A DNA stretch of 64,000 nucleotides from NCBI RefSeq assembly GCF_009914755.1, contig NC_060925.1. One strand, 5' to 3'. Shown here in pieces: positions 44,511 to 60,042 of the stretch (its first letter is position 1; every line of letters starts with the position of its first letter). The translations under genes and the position numbers were made by a program. This DNA comes from the human T2T-CHM13v2.0 reference genome, Homo sapiens. The notes under the pieces were generated by a model. That model searched no databases. It had not been told where the DNA came from and was given only the letters and a program-made list of their open reading frames with translations.

Positions 44511-45790
44511 AAGTCACTTCCTTTCTTAGAGCTGGCATCTGTAAATGCAGCGGGGATCACTAAAGACTTTTTAGTTCTGAGTCCATGACAAGATGTGCAG
44601 TCAAAACACTAGCTAGAAGTTGTGGCAGAGCAGCCGCCATCCTTATTTTTGCCTCCTTGTGTCAAAGGGAAATGGATTTTTCTTTATTTCTCAGACATTC
44701 TTGCCATTGCCCATGTCCCAATACTCTAACACGAAAGAGAAAAATAGCCCAATACGAAATATAAAAGCTGATTTTAATTTCAGTTGCTTATAACTCAATC
44801 CTGATGATTCTCAAGGGCTGCTATAGTATAGAGTTTTTGTACACAGAGCAAATGAATGCTTATTCCAAATAGGAACTGGTTTTATGAGTGTGTTCTATTT
44901 ACACATTTTCAAAAACTAGTTGTAAAAACGCACACATGTCTTGGGATTAGCCAATAACACATCCCATGTGCCAAAATATCCTGAATGCATTTTGTTTGAA
45001 AATCAAATATCACTCCTAAGGAATAAGCAATATAGTCTTCTCATAATACCTGTTAATGGTATCTCTTTTAAAAATCACTATTCCTTAATATTTGAACCAT
45101 AATGAATGATAAGTCTAATTTCAAAGCCACAGGCTTGGTCACTGAAACAGTCACAGTTTTTATGAAATTTCAAAACAAAATCAGTGGAATGCACTTTTAT
45201 CTGTATTTTGCAGAAACAAATGCTTGAATTGAGAAAAGTGTGTAGGACGTCAGGACTGATGTTTGCAACTTTTGAATAATCTTTACAGCAAAGTATCATT
45301 TTAAAAATCCTAGTTTATAAAAGCACATGTATTTATCAATTTTTATTTTTAAAATCTCTGTGTGTATATGTTGGTGTATGAGTTTTAGTAACTAAAATAA
45401 TCTGAAAATAAGAATTTTAGATTTTAGAATACCTAAAATCTAATACACAAGCTTTCCATGAACCTACTGGATAGAGATCATCTTTCTCAAAATTAGTTTG
45501 GAAACTAGATATGGGTAAATTTGTTAAATAAGATGTATTAAAACATTTTTTCTGTTTGCTGTTTTAAAACCAGCACAGTCTTTCATAAACAATTTGATTG
45601 TAATTTTAAATACCACAATTAAAATTATAACTACTGCCTAACAATAACAATGAGGCAGGTTCAGAATCCATAATGAGTAAATTCAGATGAGTTATTTAAA
45701 GTATTAACAACTCCCCTCAAAAATCCCCCCCTCTTTTCTTCACCATTCTGCTTGCTAATTTCACTATTTTTTGTAATTAGCCAGAATTTA

Positions 45791-46118
<328 letters not shown>

Positions 46119-46224
46119 AAAGAATTAAAATCAATTAGCCTCCAAGAAAATATGGTTTCATAAGGTTCTTTTAATAAAGTACATAGTGAGACAGCTTTAT
46201 TTCCAGAATTCAAATAAATTCTAG

Positions 46225-46526
46225 GGGAGGTGGGGGACTGGGACAGGCTGGTCAATGGGTACAAAATTACACTTAGGCAGGAAGAATAAGTTTTGGTGCT
46301 CTATTACACAGTAGGGTGACTATAGCAAATAACAATGTAGTGTATATTTCAGGATAGCTAGAAGAGGAGATTTTGAATGCTGTTACCGCAAAGACATGAT
46401 AAATGTTTAAAGTGATGGATACGGTAATTGCCCTGATTTGTTCATTATATTATATATACATGCATTGAAACATCACATCATACCTTATAAATATATACAA
46501 CTATAAGGTGCCAATTATAAATAGGA
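46225..46526 (+). mobile_element. L1MA 3' end
   Basis: aatgggtacaaaattaca..gtagggtgactatag..; TSD AAATAAATTCTAG at 46212-46224 and 46527-46539. Confidence 0.9.
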
Positions 46527-46789
46527 AAATAAATTCTAGATGCTGTAGGTGATATTAACAAGAAGAAATGTCTGGAGCCTCAGTGGATCAGTAATCTTGG
46601 TGGACAACACACACATGCCCCCTGGTGGGAAGAGTACTGCATTATATGGGGCAATGGTTATGAGGCTGGCCTTTGAGCCAGACTGCCCTGGCCCCGTTGC
46701 ATCTTAGCAGTTCTTTAGTCTTCAAAATTCAAATTTTTACCATTTTCATTATGTAATAAGCTTTCCTATAAATGTGATCATCATTCTTA

Positions 46790-47760
46790 GAACACGTATC
46801 TTCAGACTGGCTTCTCTCCTAAATTCCTGTATGGTATTCTGAACAGCCTTTGTGACATCTCCACGTGAATATTGAATAAACATCTCAAATTCATCATGTC
46901 AAAATTGAATTGTTGGCTTTCATCTGAAACCCACTCTTCTCGCAGTTCTTCTCACCTGAGTTAATATCAGTGACTTTCATTCCACTGCTCGGACCAAAAA
47001 GCTTGGATCGTCTGATGTCTTTCTCCCATTCACCGACTCCAGTCCAGAAGCACCTTCTGATGATCCTGTTTTGCTGTATGTTCTTAGAATCTGCCCTCTT
47101 ATCAGCCACCCACATCCACCACCTCCACCACCCCAGTCCAACCTCATATCATCCTGTGGCTGAGTCACTGCAACAACATTCAAACTAATTTCATTCACAC
47201 TTTGCCCTTTGCTATGATGATTATCTTAAAACATATATTAGATCAAGTCGCTCCTGTGCAAGCCCTCAACAATTTCCCCTATTTCTCAGGATCGAAATAA
47301 AATTCCTTGTCATAGGCTTTACAAGATCTTATATGATCTGGCCACCCCAGTTACTTCTCTGTCTTCCTTTCCTATTTCCTTGCCCATCTTTACACATCCT
47401 CCTCTAGTTCACAGACCTCCTTGTTGCTCCTCAAACATACCAAGCATGCGCAGGCCTTAGGCTTTGCTAGGCTCTCTGACTGGAATGCTCAGAACCCTTC
47501 CTCCAGAGAGCAGAACACCCCACTTCCTTCCTTCAGTTGGATTCTAGCCAAAGCCACTACATCAGAGACACCAGCCCTGACTACACTGGTGTAGAAGACC
47601 GCGTATCTTTTAGTTGGCTTTCATAAAAACCATTTTTATTTAGTACTCATCACCACTTACCATATAACATATTTACCTATTTTTTTATTGATTATTATCT
47701 TGTCTAGTGAATATTTTAAGCTCTAGGTAAGTATGGACATTTTTGTCTGTTTGCTTGGTT
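46790..47760 (+). mobile_element. L2 fragment
   Basis: gacatctccacgtgaat..catctcaaattcatcatgtcaaaattgaa (L2 RT C-terminus) continuing into 3'UTR-like sequence. Confidence 0.75.
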
Positions 47761-47941
47761 GGTTTTAGTGGTTTGTTTGCTTGATCTACTCTCTGACAGT
47801 GACTTAATTTCTGAGATATTGCAACCAACTAAAAAATATGAGAGCGGAAATGGATAAAAGGATCTTACATTAGTTCATAGCACAAATTCTTAGAAATAAA
47901 ATAGGGGAGCCAAAAGACGCACATATTTTTTAAGTGTTGCT

Positions 47942-48243
47942 ATTTTATTTATTTATTTATTTTTTTGAGACGGAGTCTGTGTTGCCCAGGCTGGAGTGCA
48001 TTGGCGTGATCTGGGCTCATTGCAACCACCCCTCCCTGGTTCAAGTGATTCTCTGGCCTCAGCCTCCTGAGTAGCTAGGATTACAGGCACGTGCCACCAA
48101 GCCTGGCTAATTTTTATAATTTTAGTAGAGACTGGGTTTCACCATGTTGGCCAGGCTGGTCTCAAACTCCTGACCTCAGGTGATCCGCCTGCCTCAGTCT
48201 CCCAAAGTGCTGGGATTACAGGCATTAGCCACCATGCCCAGGC
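47942..48243 (-). mobile_element. Alu (Sx-like)
   Basis: Full dimer with a (TTTA)n tail. Confidence 0.94.
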
Positions 48244-48278
48244 TATGTATGTCTATGTTTTTTAAACGTAATATTGTT

Positions 48279-48305
48279 CCATCTCCAGATGGCATCTGGA
48301 GATGG
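48279..48305. repeat. perfect 13-bp inverted repeat with a 1-nt spacer
   Basis: CCATCTCCAGATG-G-CATCTGGAGATGG. Confidence 0.9.
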
Positions 48306-48845
48306 CATTATTAGCAATAATACATATATAGTATAACATACATATATATTATATATATATAATTTAAATTCTCACCAAAAGGGTATAAATGTGTTGGTAT
48401 CCCTGTAAAGTAGTTAACCACTTGGAATTATTATTTATTTTCTCGTTCTTCATTTGCTGGGAAGAAATGGCATTTTGCTTTAATTTGACTTAACTGGAGT
48501 TATATTGAATTTTAGCTAAAATGCACAGTCTTTTAATACACAGTATGAGTGAAAGAAAAGACATTTCAAGTTGACAGGGAAGGTTTCACAAAAGGGTAGG
48601 TTAGACTAGGAATGGAAGGATTTTAGACTGTTGGTCAAGAGGGAGGTCCTTCAATTTCTCCCCAGTTCTCCTAAAAATGCTCTCTTTTCTTATTTTCTCA
48701 CCTTTCAATTTTGATTTGTTTCCTAGGCTTATCTTATGTAATTAATTAATAAAAATGCATTCCCTTTTTATTTTTCAAATTCTTTGCTCCATTATTTACT
48801 CATACCAGGTTTTATTAATTTACCCTATTAGACTTCATTTCTTCA

Positions 48846-48920
48846 GCCATTCACCTGTCATCCATCCACCCATCTGCTATCCACTCATCCACCATCCATT
48901 CACCCATCTGCTGTCCATCT
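48846..48920. repeat. degenerate (CCAT)n
   Basis: ccatccacccatctgct units. Confidence 0.7.
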
Positions 48921-49066
48921 AACAGATAATTATTCACTGTCTGCTTGGTTTTAGGTGCTTAACTACAAGCCACAGATATAAAAGTGAAGGTGACACTCTC
49001 CCTCTCTCTACCCTCAAGAGACTCACAGTGACATGGAGTATCCTGTGCTTTAAAAAGCCAAGGATG

Positions 49067-49364
49067 GGCCGGGTGTGGTGGCTCACGCCTGTAATCCCAG
49101 CATTTTGGGAGGCCAAGGTGGGCAGATCACCCGAGGTCAGGAGTTTGAGATGAGCCTGGCCAACATGGTGAAACCCCATCTGTACTAAAAATACAAAAAT
49201 TAGCAGGGCGTGGTGGTGCATGCCTGTAGTACCAGCTGCTCGGGAGGCTGGGGCAGGAGAATGGCTTGAACCCAGGAGACGGAGGTTGCAGTGAGCCAAG
49301 ATAGGGCCACTGCACTCCAGACTGGGTGACAGAACAAGACCCTGACTCAAAAAAAAAAAAAAAA
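49067..49364 (+). mobile_element. Alu (Sx-like)
   Basis: TSD AAAAAGCCAA(G/C)GATG at 49052-49066 and 49365-49379. Confidence 0.95.
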
Positions 49365-50370
49365 AAAAAGCCAACGATGACTTCTGGTTTTAACTGAGAC
49401 ATTTAAAGAGCTTAGAAGCTGTCACTCTCATCCTTTCGACAAAAGAAAACCAAACAAGCTGAAAATCAACTATTTTTCCTGGACCATTCAGAGAAGTAAA
49501 GTTGTAGGACAAACCTCCATTCCAAAATCTGCATAGACAGGCTCATCCAGAGACATGACCAAGATCTACTTACTTGGAGCAGAAGCTTTTGGATCCATAA
49601 ACTGACAGAAACATGAAAATAGCTCTTCTGACAAAGAACTTGAGACTCAGTGTGAACTAGCTTGACAATGAGGAACTCGAGGGGCTCATAGTGTTGGTGG
49701 GGAATGGAGCACATGCCTTCATGAGCTACACTTCCAGAAATCCCACCAGATTCTCATGGTGAAGATCCAAGAAAGATCCCTCATGGCTCTGGCAGAAGAG
49801 GGAAAAGTAATCATTGCGAAAAATGCCCAGAGCCCTCTCTATAACAAAGGCCTCTACCCCAAAGGAAAGACATTGTCAGACATTATTCTCACCAGGGAAA
49901 GGGCATTTCTCCAACTACAGTCCCCTCTAGACTTTGTCTCTCACCAAAGGGAGGAATAAAAGCAAACAACATTAACAGGGGCAGAGCTTCTACAAAATAG
50001 TTTGGGAAAGCTACAGCTGGGAAAGGAAGATAGTGGTGGGAGACAGGGGATCTATACTTCTGGAGAACACTTGCAAAGGTCACAGCTCCAAGGGACAGAC
50101 TCTGAAATGCTGAGATTTCATTGAAATATTATATAATTCTCTCATTCCCTAACAACTATCCACCATACCTATAGGCTATGGTATAATATCAGATTACAGC
50201 TGAAAGAGCTGTTAAGACACAAACATTCTCTGAGGTGAAATACTTAGAGGAGCTCAAAGTCACAGAAGAATAAAAATAAAAGCACTAGAGGAATTTGAAG
50301 CTTCTGTCATTTATAACCACAGCAAACATTAAGCACGGTCCAAGTACTAAACCATAAATTAGCACACTAA

Positions 50371-50721
<351 letters not shown>

Positions 50722-53700
50722 ATGTTCAGCTTTGAATGTAAAATTACAAGGCAGGCAAAAAAGTAAGAAAAACACAGTGTGAAGAGGCAAAACAACAATG
50801 AGAACCAAATTCGAATATGACACAGAAATTGGAATTATCAGACAGGAAGTTTAAATTGTAATTAATATGTTAGGGACTCTAATAGAAAAAGTGCAAAACA
50901 TGGAAGAGTAGATGAATAATGTAAGCAGAAAGATTCTAAGAAAGATATTCGAAGAAAGAATCAAAATGAAATGTTAGAAATAATACTAAAAAAGAAATAA
51001 AGAATATCTTGCTGGGCTCATTAGCAGGCTACACAACTCTAAGGAAAGAATCAGTGAGCTTGAAGATTAACCAACAGAAACCTCAAAAACTGAAATTCGA
51101 AGAAAAAAATAACAAGGAAAACAAAAAGAACAACAATAACAAAAGCATCCAAAAACTGTGGGACAATATCTAAAAGTGTAGCATAACATAATTGGAATAC
51201 CAGGAGGAGAGCAAAGACAGTGCAGCAGAAGAAATATTGAAATGATAATGGCTGAAGACTCTCCAAAATTAATAACAAATGCCACACTACACTCAGAGAG
51301 AAAGAAAAGTAAATAACAAAAAAATCTAAATCTACACATATCTTATTCTAAATGCAGAAAATCAAAGAAAATAATCTTGAAAAAAGCGAGAAAAATATCC
51401 TTACCTATAGAGAAACAAAAATATGAATGACAGTGCGCTTCTCATCAGAAACTATGTGGGCAAAAAAGAGAATACAGTGAAATATGTAAAGTGTTGAAGG
51501 AAGAAAACCCACTAACCTAGAATTTTACATCAAGTGAAATTACCCTTCAAAAGTAGAGGAGAAATAAATATTTTCTCAGACAAACAACTGAAAGAATACA
51601 TTACTAGTGGGCTTGCCTTGCCAGAAAGGTTACAAAGAAGTTCTTCACAGAGAACAAATAATAATATAGACCAGAAACTTCTACATACATAAAGAAAGAA
51701 AGAACATCAGGGAAGAAATAAAGGTAAAACAAAATCTCTTATTTTTCTTATTCTTAGTTTATCTAAAATATAACTATTTGTTTAAAATAATAGTAACAGT
51801 ATTAGGTGATTATAAAATATGGATAAGTGAAATGAACAACAGCAGTGTCGTAAAGGAAGAAAGGGATGAATTGGGAATATTCTGTTACAAGGTACCTTCA
51901 TGGTATATGAAACAGTATAGTGTAATTTGAACATGGAGTTAGATTAATTAAAATGTATATCGTAAACTCTAGAACAGCTGCTAAAAACTTTAACAAATAA
52001 GTACAATTGATATGCTAAGAGAAGAGACAAAATGGAATTATTTAAACTGCTCAATTAAAACCAGAGTTGGCTGAAAAAGAAGGGGGGAAAAGACACAAAT
52101 GAACAAATGCAATGGAGAAAATGCATGTTTTGTCCAAATGCATTGCAATACAATGAACAAAATACATACAAATATGTAAGAAGAATCCACATATATCAAT
52201 AATCACCTTAAATATAATGGTCTAAATACACAAACTAAAAAGCAGAGATTATCTAAGTGGATTACAAGGAAAAAGACCTGACTATACATGTGTATAATAA
52301 ACTAACTTTAAATATAAAGACTCATATATGTTAAAAGGGGGGAAAAAGAGATACCATGTTCACACTAATCAAAATCTTTTGAAATAGTATCTAATACAGA
52401 AGCAATATTAAGTTTAGGCAAGGCAGACTTCATAACAAGCAAGGTTATCAGGGATAATGGAAAGCATTATCTAAAGAGATCAATTCTTCAACAACAATAA
52501 ATTGATTATGAAGATCACTTTTCTATTACAATCCTAAATGTGTAAGCACTTAACAACAGAATGTTAAAATACATAAGGCAAAACTAGAGAGAACTGAAAG
52601 GAAAAATAAACTCATTATTACAGTTACAAACTTCAACACCACTTTTTCATTAATTGACAGACCAAATAAGCAGCAGAAAATCAAGCAGTCAGAATATAGT
52701 TGACCTGAAAAGTACTATCAATATATAAATTGATAGTATATCAATGATATAAATTGACATTTATATAATGTTCTATCCAACAACAGCAGAGTAAATTATT
52801 CTAAAGCATACATGAAATATTCATCAAGATCAAACACATCTTGTGTCATAAAATAGATCTTAAATCTAAAAGAACAGAAATCATACAAAGTATATTCTCA
52901 GATGCAAAGGAATTAAACTAGAAATCAATAAAAGAAAGGTAGTTGGAAAGTCTCCAACTATTTGGAAATTAAACAACATAATCTTTAGTAACCCATAGGT
53001 CAAAGAAAATGTCTAAAGAGAAACTGAAAATTATTTTTAACTAAATTAATATGTAAATGCAGTTGATCAAAACAGGTGGACTGCAGCAAAGGCAGTGGTT
53101 AAAGGGAATTCATATCATTATTAAGCATTAATGCATTTATTACAAGAAAGATACAAAATTAATAACCTAAGATTATATGCTAGCAATATTAGAACCTAGA
53201 GAAAGAAGAGCAATTTAAACCTAGAGTAATCAGAACAAAAGAAATAATAAAATTACATCAGAAATCAATAAAATTGAGAACAGGAAAACAACAGAGAAAA
53301 ATCAACAAAATTAAAAGCTGGTTCTTGTAAAAGGTCAACAAAATTGACAAATCTCTGCCCAGGCAAACCGTGTGAAAAAGAAAGAAGACTCAAATTACCA
53401 ATATCAGAAATCAGAGAGTGGTCATCATTAAGGATCCATTGAATTAAAAGATAATAAAGGAACACTATGAGCAATACTATGCCCACAAATTTGATAACTT
53501 AGATAAAAAATGAACAAATTACTTCAAAGACACAAACCATCAAAACTTGCATAAGATGAAATGGGTAGCCTGAATAGCTCTATTTCTAGTAAATTATTGA
53601 TTGAATCAATAATTAATAACTTCCCCCTCAAAAAAGCAATAGGCCTAGATAATTTTACTGGTGAATTCTATCAAACATTTAGGGAAGAGATGATTCCATT

Positions 53701-54809
53701 TCTCCACAATGTCTACCAGAAAATTAAAGCACAGGTATCCCTTCCTAGCTAATTGTAAAGCCAGCATTAACTTAATACTAAAGTCAGATAAATACAGGAA
53801 AGAAAAACGACAGACCATTTTCTCTTATTGACATAGAAACAAAAGTCCTTAACATATTATCAAATGGAATTTAACAGTTAATAAAAAGAATTATACACCA
53901 CAACCAAAGGGACTTATTGCACTTATGCAAGCCTGATACAGCATTTGAAAATCAATTAATGTAATTCACCATAGGACAAGCTAAAGGTGAAAACTTATAC
54001 GATCATATCAATTTGTGACAAGAAATCATTAGACAGAATCCAAAACTTATCCCTGTAAAAGAAAAAAAAAACTCTTAGCAATCTAGGATCAGAGGAGAAC
54101 TTTCTCAACTTGATGAAAACATCTACAAAAACACTACAGCTAACATCATTACTAATGGTAGAAACTGGACAGTTTCTCTCTAACATCAGAAATAAGGCAA
54201 GAGTGTCCTCTTTCACACTTCATTTCAACATTGTATTAGAAACTCTAGCTAGTTCAATAAGGCAAAGAAAAAATGTTATACACATTGGAAAAGAAGAAAT
54301 AGTTAAAATTGCCTTTGTTTGCAGATGATTATAATTGTCTATGTAGAAAATCCCAAAGAATCTACAAAAACACTCCTGAAATTTAAAAGGTAGAATATCA
54401 AGTTTATAGGATACAAGCTCCATAAATAAAAGTTAATTGCTCTCTTATTTACCAAAAATCAACAATTGGAACTTGAATTTAACAATGCCATTCACAATAG
54501 CAGCAAAATTGGAAATAGTGATAAATCTAACAAAATATATACAAAATCTGTGAGAAAAACTACATAACACTGATTAAAGAAATAAAAGATTTAAAAATGG
54601 AGAGAGTCCATGTTCATGGACTGGAACGCTCAATGTTTTAAAGATGCCAATTCATCACAACTGAAAAACTGAACTAAAGATTCAATGCTATACCAGTCAA
54701 AATCACAGAAAGCTATTTTAAAGATACTGAAAAAATGACTGTGGAGTGCATATAAAAGGAAAAAGATCCAGAATAACCGACATAATAATGAAGGATAAAA
54801 ACAAAGTTG

Positions 54810-55336
<527 letters not shown>

Positions 55337-56474
55337 TTATTAGTTTTCACAATAATTAACTCAAATTGTATTATAGACCTAAATGCAAAATGCAAAATCA
55401 GAAACCTACTAGAAGAAAACATAGGAGGAATCTGTCTGAACTTGTAGCCCACGATGGGTTGTCAGGTATAGCACTAAAATCACTAGTGCAACATGACCTT
55501 ACATACCAGGATGAGTTTGTAGAGACAGCACTAAAATTTAGAATTACCAGTATTACAAAATGAACCTTTATACATATGTATTTCATTCTTACCAGAACAG
55601 TGGAAACACTTGCACAAAGCTAACGCAATTGTCTTCATTTCACTTGATGCACACGCTCTCTACCTTTGGCTCCCTGATGAGTAAGCAAGGGCTGGGAACA
55701 AAAGCAACAATGGGTTGCCCTATCTGCCTTTCCTGTGGAAGAGAAGCAGGAGCCAACTCCAAGAGTTCCCAATGGCCAAAGATAAAACCATTTCAGAAAA
55801 AAAAAAATTGAATTAAGTAATTTTATATTTTGAGATTATATCCCAAAGTACCAAAAACAAAAAACAAAAAAACAAAAAAAAAAACCCACTATGGGTTCAT
55901 GCTGATGTAAATAAATAATTGAATAAATAAATAGAAACATCTTCCCTGCCAAGAATTCCAAATAATTTACGTAGATACTTTAGCCTGAATGAGGTGGAGC
56001 ATAACACTCCACTCCTTCAGTGGGGGCCACATTTAGTACATTTAGTAACTGTTTTTCCAAAAAGTATACCATGACAAAGGGAAAAATATGAGTCACTTTA
56101 CAATATATTTTACATCAGCAGTGATGTCATGTTTATAGTGTACACACTTAAATGTATATTATTAACTGAAAGAAGCCACTCTAAAAAGCCTATGGAGTGT
56201 ATGACTCCATTTACATGACACTCTGAAAAAGGTAAAAAGAGATGGTAAAAGGATCCATGGTTTTCTGACGTGATGACAACAGCACTTTCCCTTTGTGATT
56301 TTCCTCCCCCAAACCCATAACCTCAGACTAATCAGGAGAAAAAAAAAAACGTTAAACAAATCCTAATTCAGGGGCATTTTACAAAATAACCAAGTAGTAC
56401 TCCTCAAAACGGTTAAGGCCGTCAAAAACAAGAAAAGTTTGAGAAACTGTCATAGTCTAGAGGACCAGAAGAGG

Positions 56475-57030
56475 TGTGATGGTTGATAATAAGTGTCAAC
56501 TTGATTGGATTGAAGGATGCAAAGTATTGTTCCTGCGTGCGTCTGTGAGGGTGTTGCCAGAGGAGATTAACATTTGAGGCAGTGGACTGGCAGAGGCAGA
56601 CCACCCTCAATCTGGGTGGGCACCATCCAATCGGCTGCTAGTGCTGCTAGGAAAAGCAGGTGGAAGAAGGTGGAAGAGCAGACTTGCTGAGTCTTCCGGC
56701 CTCCATCTTTCTCCCACGCTGGATGCTTCCTGCCCTCGAACCTCAGACTCCAGGTTCTTCAGCTTTTGGACTCTTGGACTTACACCAGTGCTTTGCCAGG
56801 GGCTCTCAGGTCTTCGGCCACACACTGAAGGCTGCACTGTCAGCTTCCCTCCTTTTGAGGCTTTGGGACTCCGACTGAGCCACTACTGGCTTCCTTGCTC
56901 CTCACCTTGCAGATGGCCTATCATGGGACTTCACCTTGTGACCGTGTGAGTCAATTCTCCTTAATAAACTCCCCTTCACATATACATCTTTCTATTAGTC
57001 CTGTCCCTCTAGAGAACCCTGGCTAATACA
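56475..57030 (+). mobile_element. MLT2 (ERVL) solo LTR, MLT2A-like
   Basis: tgtgatggtt..tgtcaacttgattggattgaaggatgc..ctagagaaccctggctaataca; TSD AGAGG at 56470-56474 and 57031-57035. Confidence 0.9.
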
Positions 57031-58745
57031 AGAGGCATGACAACTAAATCTAATGTGATGTCTTGGATGGAACCCTGGGACAGGAAAAATAAAGGAAATC
57101 AGAAAGTATTGACTTCAGTTAATATTAATGTATGTTAACTTCTTTAATATTAACTGACTTAGCTAATATTAACCAGTACCAATATTGGTTCATCGGTTGT
57201 GACAAGTATATCGTACTAATGTAAGATGTCCAATAATGAGGGAAACTGGGGGGTGGGATATATAGAAACTTTTTGTACTATTTTGTGATTTTTCTGTAAA
57301 TCTAAACCTATTCTAAAATAAGATTTTTTAAGAGCAAATTACAATTAAAAAATCACTCTACTGCATAACCTGTAGTGAAGGTCTGTGCAGCATCTCAAAG
57401 AAACACATAGGATGAAGAAGCCAGAGACGATTTTACAGACCCAGTGACCCTTCTTCTCACGGAGACTTGAAGAATGAGTAGGAGTCCAATGAGGAAGAAG
57501 GCACTGAAAGGCAGAAGAAGGCACAAAAAGGCCCCTAGGCATGTGGTGGCTGGGCACCCCTGATGAAGTGCAGTTCATCTGGCAGAACTACAAGTTGAGA
57601 AAGCCTCAGGCCGGAGAAGGATGCAAGGCTGTGTCCTTCCTGAAAGTCCTTATTGGCATTTGTTCCTCTGAGAAGGTGAAATCTTTGCACAGGTTTAAGT
57701 GGGAAAGTGGCAAAACAATAAGAGCCTCATTCATTTCTGCTGTGTTCCAGATACGATGTCAGATTTTTCAGCTTCGTTATCTTTGATCATTACAAAGGAT
57801 CCTTGTATTTACAAGGTTAGAGTTTGTTCTTTAGGAGATCATTCTCCAAATCTGGAGACTAGATTGAAAGGTAGCAAGGCTGGAGGCTCTTTGCGGAAGT
57901 AACTGACACATCTTTTCATCACTTCTTGTCTGTTGGCTTTTGTCAGTGTGCTTGAAAATAATTTCAGCTGTTTCATGTCATGGAATTAGATATGCTTTGA
58001 TTACAGTTTCTGCTTTCTTGCCTTCACCCAACTCACTCCTTAGTGATGCTCTGCAGGACGACTTTTATTCTTTCTCTATAAAGAAACTGCTCCTCTGAAC
58101 TCACCCTGCCCAAGCCCTGCCTTTACATTATGTATACGAGTTCTTCCAGTCAAACTGGATCACTTAGTGACTTGGAGCAGGTGGCACTCTCCTCCGTACC
58201 TCTCCTTTAACATTTATGTATATGTCAAAAAGCTTCCTTCTTGCTTTTCTTCACTGGGTATAATTCTGTCCAATTCCCTGGGTCCACCCAAATACAGCCC
58301 TCCCTCATGAGACCTTTTCTGACCTCCTAGAGCAATCTATCCCTCCAATGAGCCCTAAATGCCTGATATCTTTTACTGTAGCTAATTGTGTGCTGTTATT
58401 AGCCTTTCCTATACTTTTCATAAAGATCTTGAAAGACAGGCAGGCACGCTGCTTAAACTCTGTTTGCCTGGCCGTGCACACTTTACACCTGGTATAAGCA
58501 GAACGTATCATTTGAACTGAAAATAAAGTAAGAAAAAGTAAATTTAACTTTAAAATAAAACACTTATTTCAGAGTGGTTCTTTGATACTTATAATAAATG
58601 CTCACTTTGCTTTGATACTGGATATGACTAAAGTTTACTTTATTTGGACGGATATATTACCTTTGACTGCTGAATTAAAAGAATCAATGCCTTGATTTAA
58701 GCTGTGCAGCTAACAGTAGCTCTGAGAATAAACAAGAGGAAAATA

Positions 58746-59122
58746 CAGCCATGTATCTCATGCATGAGAGATGCATCTTCGGTGATTTCATCATTGTGCG
58801 AACTTCATGGAGTATACTTACACAAACCTAGATGGCACAGCCTACTACACACCTAGACTATATGGTATAGCCTATTGCTCCAAGGCTACAAAGCTGTGCA
58901 GCATGTGACTGTACCGAATACTGTAGGCAACTGTAACACAATGGTATTTGCGTATCTCAACATATCTAAACATAGAAAATGCAATGCATTACTCTATACC
59001 ATTATGATAGCTACAGTATCACTAGGCACTAGGAAACTTTCAGCTCCATTATAATCTCATGGGACCATTGTCATACATGCTGTCCTTTGCTGACCGAAAC
59101 GTTGTTATGGGATATATGACTA
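58746..59122 (+). mobile_element. Tigger3-derived (MER7-like) DNA transposon
   Basis: tacttacacaaacctagatgg..cctactacacacctag..gaccgaaacgttgttatg; TA flanks. Confidence 0.85.
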
Positions 59123-59364
59123 TATATAATTTTTATGTAAGAATTTTACATTTATTTTTTATTTTAAAAAGGACACTTCACCATAACATCTTGATAATTT
59201 ATTAAATTGCAAATACATAAGATGATAAAAAATTTCAAATGTCATCTTCTCTATTTTTAATTAATGCCTAGTGAGAGCATAAACATTATTTCAACCTACC
59301 AGTCCATATTTTAAAATACAAGTTCACGCTTAAATACATTTGGAGTGAAAAATGTCTAAAACAT

Positions 59365-60042
<678 letters not shown>

